Shown here piece by piece: positions 1 to 6,497 of a stretch of DNA of 23,610 nt (the stretch's first letter is position 1; each line of letters opens with the position of its first letter). A program made the translations under genes and the position numbers. The DNA is from a virus, in the IMG/VR virus record IMGVR_UViG_3300043442_000189; one strand, 5' to 3'. Under the pieces are notes generated by a model that saw nothing but the letters and a program-made list of their open reading frames with translations, was not told where the DNA came from and did no database searches.

Positions 1-63
1 TGTAAACGTAGATCCGGTAACACTACTAAGAGATATTGCAGATCGCATTGTTGAATAAGCCAT
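1..63 (-). CDS. N-terminal fragment of a minus-strand gene running off the window (MAYSTMRSAISLSSVTGSTFT...), possibly virion protein
   Basis: ATG at 63-61 after an A-rich leader, 25 nt downstream of the stop of 89..541; open to the window edge. Confidence 0.55.
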   Translation of the reverse strand, partial: MAYSTMRSAISLSSVTGSTFT

Positions 64-88
64 TTTCTATTTTATTTTTTAAAGGTTT

Positions 89-541
89 TTACAGTTTTAT
101 AAAGTTATATAGCGAGTACCATTGCGGTGTCAACTGACCATCTGCAATATATGTAGCACTTGTAACAACACCCGTAGCTACACCATTTGCTGGTTTAATT
201 GTTTCTGAATATATAACACTACCGTCTACTTGAGAACCTGCTCCCGGTTCGACTAGTACATCATCAACACTCATTGACATTATAGTAATCTTTGTACCAG
301 ACTGAGCTGATGAAACTGCTGGTAGGTATACGGTTACAGCACCGGGACCTATTGTTGTAACATTAGAAATAATGAACACGTTCTCTAAAGCAGTTAACTG
401 TTCCCATGAAATAAAATAATCAGTAACACCTTCTGCAAACGGATCTAGTATTACCACTTTCGGAACACTAGGGTTAGGTGGCGTAGGCGCGGGAGGAGGT
501 TGTACTTTACCAGATGCTATTAAAAACGGATTGTTCGCCAT
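89..541 (-). CDS. Putative virion structural / tail-fibre-associated protein
   Basis: 150 aa, Pro-rich N-terminus then a beta-rich segment (VTVYLPAVSSAQSGTKITI) resembling tail-fibre small domains; on the divergent arm. Confidence 0.6.
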   Translation of the reverse strand: MANNPFLIASGKVQPPPAPTPPNPSVPKVVILDPFAEGVTDYFISWEQLTALENVFIISNVTTIGPGAVTVYLPAVSSAQSGTKITIMSMSVDDVLVEPGAGSQVDGSVIYSETIKPANGVATGVVTSATYIADGQLTPQWYSLYNFIKL

Positions 542-554
542 ATACTATAATATA

Positions 555-562
555 CAAAAGTA
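555..562 (-). promoter_or_regulatory. Bacteroidota-type -7 promoter box (TACTTTTG) for the minus-strand arm
   Basis: Matches TAnnTTTG 13 nt upstream of the ATG at 541; no TTTG at canonical -33 spacing. Confidence 0.45.
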
Positions 563-899
563 CAACTGATTATTCAAATATAAAAGGTTTTTTCGGGTAC
601 ACTAGATAACGTCTGATATATCATTCAAAGAATACTCCCTATAGGGTATAATGTCCGTTATATCATACAAAACTATACCCTTATGGGTACTATAAGAAAC
701 ATTATCCCCCGGGTACTTCTGGTAGTTAGCGTACCCCCGTATGTAACGGCGGACGAATTACTGTACGGGAGGGGGTGTGATACGGCTGTGAAAAGTATAT
801 GTGGAAGGGGGTGTGAAGGGGGGTTACTGCAACCGACCCCGGCGCGTGTCGAGTTAGGGGGTACCCCCCGTGAAAAACCCTAATGATCTTAATAACACT

Positions 900-1127
900 A
901 TGCAACAAGAACCAAAATGCCAGTGCTGCAAAAGCACAATGTCTGTAGGTTTCGTGGAAACCTACATTCCCTGCTACGACGACGGCGGATCAATCGATTC
1001 ATTCGACGTTGACGTCGAACGCGTCGAAATCTGTACTAATCCTGACTGCGATTACAGTATTAATACCGCGGAACGCAGCGGCATCCGCGCAACGCACTGC
1101 GATTGCGACGATGATCTCCCTTTCTAG
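900..1127 (+). CDS. Small Cys-rich (Zn-ribbon-like) protein with C-terminal DDDLPF
   Basis: ATG 15 nt after motif; CQCC...CTNPDC; ends CDDDLPF. Confidence 0.8.
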   Translation: MQQEPKCQCCKSTMSVGFVETYIPCYDDGGSIDSFDVDVERVEICTNPDCDYSINTAERSGIRATHCDCDDDLPF

Positions 1128-1186
1128 GGAGGTCATCACCCCTTCGGGGTGAACAGGAAAAACCCTAATTGATAAAATACACACAT

Positions 1187-1375
1187 ATGGAAAAAATGTT
1201 GAAATGCACCTGCGGGTGCACAGAATGGACCACAACTGTGGTGCCGTTCCTAACGGGATACTGTCCCGAAACTGTTGATGTCGACTATGCAGACATAGAC
1301 GTCTGCGCTTCTTGTGGTAAAGAAGCGTATCTGGTCAGCTGTGTAGATGATGAAGATGATGATCTCCCCTTTTAG
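1187..1375 (+). CDS. Small Cys-rich (Zn-ribbon-like) protein with C-terminal DDDLPF, likely paralogue of 900..1127
   Basis: ATG 17 nt after motif; CTCGC...CASC; ends EDDDLPF. Confidence 0.8.
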   Translation: MEKMLKCTCGCTEWTTTVVPFLTGYCPETVDVDYADIDVCASCGKEAYLVSCVDDEDDDLPF

Positions 1376-1430
1376 GGGGGTTCATTATCATCAATGTGAA
1401 AAACCCTATTAAATATAATACATAACACAT

Positions 1431-1649
1431 ATGAAAAAATTAGCAATTGAAATCGCATCGTTTATAGGATGCATTGTCACTCTTCACTGGTTGGGAGTAA
1501 TCGTTTTTAGTCTTGTGACTCCGTTTAGAATTACTCAAATGACTGGGTCATTTGTCTACTCGTTTGTTAGTATATTCTTTTGCGTGCTTATCACGCTTGG
1601 AATATTTGCTGACTTGAGTGACAAGAAATACTTTGATCGCTTCGAGTGA
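1431..1649 (+). CDS. Small membrane protein (two predicted TM helices)
   Basis: Two hydrophobic stretches; ATG 20 nt after motif. Confidence 0.8.
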   Translation: MKKLAIEIASFIGCIVTLHWLGVIVFSLVTPFRITQMTGSFVYSFVSIFFCVLITLGIFADLSDKKYFDRFE

Positions 1650-1672
1650 TCACTTGTGTGTAGTGTGGTGAG

Positions 1673-1699
1673 AGGGGACTTCGGTCCCCTTTTATTTTA
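1673..1699 (+). terminator. Intrinsic terminator
   Basis: AGGGGAC-TTCG-GTCCCCT followed by a T-rich tail. Confidence 0.8.
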
Positions 1700-1736
1700 C
1701 TACTATAAAAACCCTAATAAAACCAATCTCTACACT

Positions 1737-1895
1737 ATGGAACACAAATTTGAATTTGAAACATTTGATCTTGGTGAGATCCCTAAGATGCAAGCGAAAC
1801 TGAATCAGTGGATAACTATCGGGAAACTAATTGATCATAAGATCATTGTGTTATCCGAAAGAAAACTGCTGGTTCAATACAGAGTGCACAAATAG
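1737..1895 (+). CDS. Hypothetical protein (52 aa, MEHKFEFETF...)
   Basis: ATG 18 nt after motif; the longer GTG-start call crosses the terminator and motif. Confidence 0.75.
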   Translation: MEHKFEFETFDLGEIPKMQAKLNQWITIGKLIDHKIIVLSERKLLVQYRVHK

Positions 1896-1945
1896 TGCAC
1901 TTTGTTTTCTTTTCTAAAAACCCTAATAACGGCAATCTATATACT

Positions 1946-2101
1946 ATGAAAGATAAAATCACAATCACAGAAGATTACGCTATTAGCGTAAACCGCGATG
2001 TCCAAGACATCATAAAAGAGAAGATCAATGAGGGATACTTCATTGTAAACAGTTACTCACATCCTGCGGTGGGAATGTGTTACGTAATGATCCCTGCATA
2101 G
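1946..2101 (+). CDS. Hypothetical protein (51 aa, MKDKITITED...)
   Basis: ATG 18 nt after motif. Confidence 0.75.
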   Translation: MKDKITITEDYAISVNRDVQDIIKEKINEGYFIVNSYSHPAVGMCYVMIPA

Positions 2102-2145
2102 CGGGGATACATTACAAAAAACCCTAATGATTTTAACACATACAT

Positions 2146-2295
2146 ATGAACGAAGTTCAAGATGCTCGTAAAGAGTTAATGGACACCATCATCAAAATGA
2201 TGAAGAGTGCCGAAGAGAAACAAATTCCACTCGCAGAGATGCGTGAAATGTTCGAAGAAATTCGAAAAGTGTGGGACCAAAAGATACCCCTATAA
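2146..2295 (+). CDS. Hypothetical helical protein (49 aa, MNEVQDARKELMDTIIKMMKSAEEKQIPLAEMREMFEEIRKVWDQKIPL), absent from the ORF track
   Basis: ATG 17 nt after motif at 2117; TAA at 2293-2295 inside a hairpin, as in neighbouring units. Confidence 0.75.
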   Translation: MNEVQDARKELMDTIIKMMKSAEEKQIPLAEMREMFEEIRKVWDQKIPL

Positions 2296-2340
2296 GGGGT
2301 GTCTTTTCTTTTGTCAAACCCTAATAATACCAATACATAT

Positions 2341-2535
2341 ATGCAAGAAAATCATTTATCACCCGCAGAGCGTGCGGATGTACTTCGCAACATCAATATG
2401 AAGATGATGTTGCTATTCGGTAAACAAATCACCGAAGAGATGTACAACGAGTTTCACGAAATGTCCGACAGCGGACTATTCGGCGTGTCACTCTCGTACT
2501 CGATGATGTTGATGCAAAAGAGAAGAGAGTGTTAA
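2341..2535 (+). CDS. Hypothetical protein (64 aa, Met-rich)
   Basis: ATG 15 nt after motif. Confidence 0.75.
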   Translation: MQENHLSPAERADVLRNINMKMMLLFGKQITEEMYNEFHEMSDSGLFGVSLSYSMMLMQKRREC

Positions 2536-2586
2536 CGCACTCTTTTCTTTCCACTTGTAAAAACCCTAATGAAACAAACACACATT

Positions 2587-2799
2587 ATGGAATATTTAAA
2601 AGCAAGACACGACACATTACAGCGGTCGTTAGTTCGTATCGTCAAGACAATTGAGAGAAAAATTGAGTATCTCGAAAAAGGGAAACCTGTTTCAGAGTTT
2701 GCCGACAGAAACGAAATGTTAACGAAACTCAAACAAGACATTGTTCATTACCGTGGTGTATTACACGGTGTAGAATGCTGTCAAAAATTGTTTTATTAA
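2587..2799 (+). CDS. Hypothetical coiled-coil protein (70 aa)
   Basis: ATG 16 nt after motif (alternative in-frame ATG at 2569 lies inside the motif). Confidence 0.75.
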   Translation: MEYLKARHDTLQRSLVRIVKTIERKIEYLEKGKPVSEFADRNEMLTKLKQDIVHYRGVLHGVECCQKLFY

Positions 2800-2820
2800 A
2801 ACCCCTTCGGGGGTTTTATT
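2797..2820 (+). terminator. Intrinsic terminator-like hairpin
   Basis: TAAAACCCC-TTCG-GGGGTTTTA. Confidence 0.7.
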
Positions 2821-2859
2821 CACACTAATTAAAAACCCTAATGATTCTAATTATACACT

Positions 2860-3165
2860 ATGGAAAACAACCAACCCATTCTTTCCTGCGCGGGAAGGGA
2901 CGCAGTGTCAATTGACTCTGCTTTATTGCAACAGTTGTTGCAATCATTTAGACCAAACCTCATCGGTGTTCAACATCGGGCAATGCAAATTAATAGCATA
3001 ATGTTCGATATTACTAATGGTGAGTTTGGTGATAAATCCTTGAAAATATTCAAGGATACTATAACAGAAGAGTTTCTGTTTATCCAATTAATGGAAGCGT
3101 CTCGTCTTGCGAGAACGGTTTCTGCGGAATCGTTGTGTGACGCTGATGAACCGGATAACCATTAA
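2860..3165 (+). CDS. Hypothetical protein (101 aa)
   Basis: ATG 17 nt after motif. Confidence 0.75.
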   Translation: MENNQPILSCAGRDAVSIDSALLQQLLQSFRPNLIGVQHRAMQINSIMFDITNGEFGDKSLKIFKDTITEEFLFIQLMEASRLARTVSAESLCDADEPDNH

Positions 3166-3184
3166 CTCCGACAAATTGAAAACG

Positions 3185-3220
3185 GCACCTTGTGGAAACA
3201 CAGGGTGCTTTTTTTCTTTT
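3185..3220 (+). terminator. Intrinsic terminator
   Basis: GCACCTTGTG-GAAA-CACAGGGTGC plus T tract. Confidence 0.85.
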
Positions 3221-3344
3221 AAAGTGCGATTTGTCCATCGGTGAAACACCCGTAAAATAAGGAAAAACCGTTTTTCAGTGCGGTGATAACACCGTCCTCG
3301 TGCTACTACTCGGAAAAACCCTAATGAACTTAATTCTATACACT

Positions 3345-3617
3345 ATGAATAATATCATAAACGAGATGATTGCTACGGGAGTAGCGACGCTCACAGAGAA
3401 AATCGCGTTCTACGAGAAAACAATTAAGGAATCTGAAACAGGATTAATTAAGAAAGTACTCGGCGAACCTACGGACAACTATACGATTGAATCACACCTA
3501 AAAGGTTTGGTGACAATGCGTGGTATGGTTGTAGAATTGCACCGTGCTCTTGCGGAACTGCAACCGAAATCCGTAAAGAGTCTAAAGCGCGCAAAGCGTG
3601 GAAGACCTCGCAAATAG
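3345..3617 (+). CDS. Coiled-coil protein with C-terminal AT-hook-like KRGRPRK
   Basis: ATG 19 nt after motif; ends RAKRGRPRK. Confidence 0.75.
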   Translation: MNNIINEMIATGVATLTEKIAFYEKTIKESETGLIKKVLGEPTDNYTIESHLKGLVTMRGMVVELHRALAELQPKSVKSLKRAKRGRPRK

Positions 3618-3622
3618 TGTGT

Positions 3623-3643
3623 AGCACCCTGTAACGGGGTGCT
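3623..3643 (+). terminator. Hairpin between array units (no strong U tract)
   Basis: AGCACCCTG-TAA-CGGGGTGCT. Confidence 0.5.
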
Positions 3644-3678
3644 CACTCTACCTCAATTAAAAACCCTAATTACTTGCT

Positions 3679-4152
3679 ATGTTTAAATTAAAGTTCAAAA
3701 ACGAGCGTGTTGTGCGGGATGCACAGGGCGTTCAAAGTAAGCGTTACTACTACAAGGTAACGGGTATGTCACCTGAACAAGTCGAACAGTATCGTCTTGA
3801 TTTGGGTACCGACGACGAAGGAAAAGATTGGGCTGTCATTGAAGACGGTGTTCCAATTTATCGCAGTGAAAAGCGTTTGGGTGAGATTGCTGTTATCAAA
3901 CGCAGTATGAATCCAAACAAGACCACCAATCGTCACTCGTGGTACGCAAAGTGCAATCGCGAAATCTTAACAGATTTGTTAAGCGAGAACAGTGCTATTG
4001 GTTCCACGGGATTTGCGCAATTTGCGTATCAGGACTTTTTGGAACAATCCAAAGTCTTAATGCGTGAGATGATTGCAAAGGGTACTGTTGGTGAGTCGGA
4101 GACGGAGTCCGAGAAGGAAACCGAGAGTGAGAAGAGTGTGGACGATTTGTAA
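3679..4152 (+). CDS. Hypothetical phage protein with acidic tail (ends VDDL); likely paralogue of 4484..4972
   Basis: 157 aa; motif 8 nt upstream; YYxV-x3-[S/T]xE pattern shared with 4484..4972. Confidence 0.85.
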   Translation: MFKLKFKNERVVRDAQGVQSKRYYYKVTGMSPEQVEQYRLDLGTDDEGKDWAVIEDGVPIYRSEKRLGEIAVIKRSMNPNKTTNRHSWYAKCNREILTDLLSENSAIGSTGFAQFAYQDFLEQSKVLMREMIAKGTVGESETESEKETESEKSVDDL

Positions 4153-4187
4153 AAGTGAGAGCGCCCCTTCGGGGGTGCTCACTTTTA
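4150..4187 (+). terminator. Intrinsic terminator
   Basis: GAGCGCCCC-TTCG-GGGGTGCTC extended by TAAAAGTG/CACTTTTA. Confidence 0.8.
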
Positions 4188-4483
4188 AAATCTAAAACTG
4201 ATTCTATGTGTTATGTTTTTAAATAGTCCGACCCTAATGGTTTGTGTGGTGTGACGAGCATACCGACTATAAGAGAGTTGTAAGGTTGCAGTGTTGGAAT
4301 AGTACTACTCTGATAGTTAGTTAGTTAGCAAGCTAGCGTTGCGGGTTGGTTGGTTGTGGTGCTCGTTTTTTGTGTGGTGTGTTTTGTTTGGAAATAGTTT
4401 TCCCTAATAGACTGCTTGTGCGTGTCTAGACGATACTGTACAAGTAAAGTAAACTAATAATTAACAATTTAAAAACTACTGAA

Positions 4484-4972
4484 ATGAAAGCAGTACAGAT
4501 TAAAGGTCAAGAAATGTACCGTAAGAAAGGTACAGGTAACGTAGTATGGAAGTACTATGTAGTAGATGCAACCGCAGAAGAGTTGGATGCACTAAAAGCG
4601 ATTAAGGGTGACTACTATCGCGAAACTTCCGAACCCGTTATGTATAACGGAAAGTTAATTACGTGTCCTCTATTGTTCGAAAACAATTGGGAAGGTGACG
4701 TCATTGACTACAATGTCACCGCTAACAACCGTCTTGTAATAGATAAGTTGGCAATGTTGAAAGCAGAAAGCATTATGAAGAGTGTCGGTGACGATACTTT
4801 GAAGGTTGCGATCGCTAACAAGATTGCAAACGAGTCTATCGGCGACTTGTTTCAGCGTAGAAGTAGTACCAGTGTAGGTGGTGCAATAGGTAAAACCGAG
4901 ACTAAAACAGAAGGTTCTGCGACAGAAAACGTAGAAACTCCTGAACCAGCCGACAATGTTGACGACTTGTAA
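4484..4972 (+). CDS. Hypothetical phage protein with acidic tail (ends VDDL)
   Basis: 162 aa, A-rich leader, similar architecture to 3679..4152. Confidence 0.85.
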   Translation: MKAVQIKGQEMYRKKGTGNVVWKYYVVDATAEELDALKAIKGDYYRETSEPVMYNGKLITCPLLFENNWEGDVIDYNVTANNRLVIDKLAMLKAESIMKSVGDDTLKVAIANKIANESIGDLFQRRSSTSVGGAIGKTETKTEGSATENVETPEPADNVDDL

Positions 4973-4982
4973 CTGATTGACA

Positions 4983-6430
4983 GTGAGAGTGTTGCAGTGT
5001 GTGAGAGTGCCCAACACCTTGGGTATTCTCCACATTGTGACAACCCACTAGAAACACACACAAGTACAACGGTTTAGAGTATAGCATTAATTAACTAATT
5101 ATACTACTCTCTTATGGTTACCTACTACCTCATACACACAGTTACTCGTAAAGTGTTATTTGAGACTCATTGTTCTACTCTTCTCTCTGCTTATATAGAA
5201 CAGAAGGTAGAGATGCATATGATTCCCCGCGTTTCTGTAATCATCGACGACTCAACTGATTGATTACCAACATATTAGTCCCAGCAGAGTGTTTTTAATT
5301 AAACATAGTGTATAGTTTCGGTTTCTATACTCTGTTGGGACTATCTTTTTTGAATTCCCGTAAACCCTCACAACGGTGAGATAATTAACCTAAATAATAA
5401 CATAGGTATGGTTTGTATCAAATTCTACGGGAATTCATTCATATTGCTATATACTTGTAGCAAGAAAGTAAGTAATTGTAGTGTACACGCAGCCTGATAA
5501 ATAGACACAATGCTGTTGAATAATCGGTAAAACTGGTGTAAGATGAAATAGGTTATGTACATAAGTGCACATTGTGTACTGTAAAACACGCAGTTCCTAT
5601 CACTACAATTGCTTTCTTTACTCTCATCCTAGATTAACTAACCCGGTAAAACTTGCACTGATATGCAGGTAATCCTATACTAGGTAGGTTCTTGATTCCA
5701 CGGTAGTGACTTCCGTGTAATAAATTAAGACTGTCATATGAAATCTATCTTTTTTTTAATTTCACTCTATAACTTTGGTCGGTTATAGGGTAAAAAAATC
5801 AGAAATTGCTGCAATTTGTAACCGAAAGGTTACTGGGCTAAACAGAACTTGACCAACAGTAGGATAATATACTGTTAGTTTTGTGATGCCTATTGCAGCC
5901 AGTTGAATAGAACTGTAAAATCTATTGGTGTTTAAACTGTTCACCAACCACAGTCAATCATACATTAGAGATTATCCTCTTTTATATGGTGTTAATTTCT
6001 CTTTGCACTAACCGAAAGGTGAACAGTTGTAACCTTCGACTACACAGAAAGCAAGTTTAAAGAACCAGTACTCAATCTGGGACAAGCTGATGCAGGTAAG
6101 ATTTGGTTACAACTGAGTGCAATGGGATTATTTAATGCACCATTCTCACGTGGATATAAAGACTTCCTACCACCATAACAATCTAACTCCACAGCTGAGT
6201 GGAAATGGTTATATAAGTGTAAGATGTGAAACCACAATGATTAATTGACTATTGTTATATCTGGATAATCCTTTATTGGTAAAGATATAATATTGCGAGT
6301 CACCGTGTTAATCATTCTCCCAAGGGTGAGCAGTTGTAATGGTTACATGTTAAGATGGGAGACCAAACGGTTATGCTTAACATGGGATAACTTATTAGAC
6401 TATTACAACTGAGTGCAGAGGGGATAATAG
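4983..6430 (+). ncRNA. Putative structured non-coding RNA region (one long RNA or several)
   Basis: No credible ORF; series of closed stems, e.g. 5276-5290/5329-5343, 5351-5362/5426-5437, 5470-5483/5601-5614, 5808-5815/5892-5899, 6024-6034/6105-6115, 6331-6344/6398-6411; G-U pairs favour the + strand. Confidence 0.6.
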
Positions 6431-6497
6431 AATAAACTATTCAAATTCAGAGATCAACTATACTGAGAGTTAGTTGTAAAACTTAAATACCAAAACA

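Larger units (their letters stand above)
873..3670 (+). repeat. Dispersed conserved motif AAAAACCCTAAT, 11 copies, each upstream of a small ORF
   Basis: Copies at 873, 1158, 1399 (ends TATT), 1707, 1916, 2117, 2316 (AAACCCTAAT), 2559, 2831, 3314, 3659; degenerate CCCTAAT at 4232 and 4402. Confidence 0.95.

Noticed and set aside
683-908. ORFs 683..883 (+) and 726..908 (-)
   Set aside because: Lie in the G-run/palindrome zone, atypical composition, no usual leader; likely spurious
2207-2401. ORF 2207..2401 (+)
   Set aside because: Crosses a hairpin and motif and overlaps two better-supported cassette genes (2146..2295 and 2341..2535)
873-3670. CRISPR array interpretation of the repeated motif
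   Set aside because: Repeat is only about 12 nt, spacing is irregular (about 200-480 nt), the intervening DNA is protein-coding, and no cas genes are in the window
873-3670. AAACCCTAA equals the plant telo-box / contains the TTAGGG telomere complement
   Set aside because: Copies are single, not tandem, in a clearly prokaryotic phage context; treated as coincidence
873-4190. Classical integron cassette array
   Set aside because: No consistent RYYYAAC...GTTRRRY attC boxes and no integrase in the window; only the architecture is analogous
4670-5087. Three minus-strand ORFs
   Set aside because: Shadow frames of 4484..4972 and its 3' hairpin
6040-6237. Minus-strand 65-aa ORF
   Set aside because: Non-ATG start, overlaps the structured RNA motif, no leader
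6003-6425. Assignment of the duplicated RNA motif to HDV-like/theta ribozymes or SAM-I riboswitches
   Set aside because: GCAATGGGA and GCAGAGGGGA resemble fragments of these, but I could not build the nested double pseudoknot or the SAM-I core
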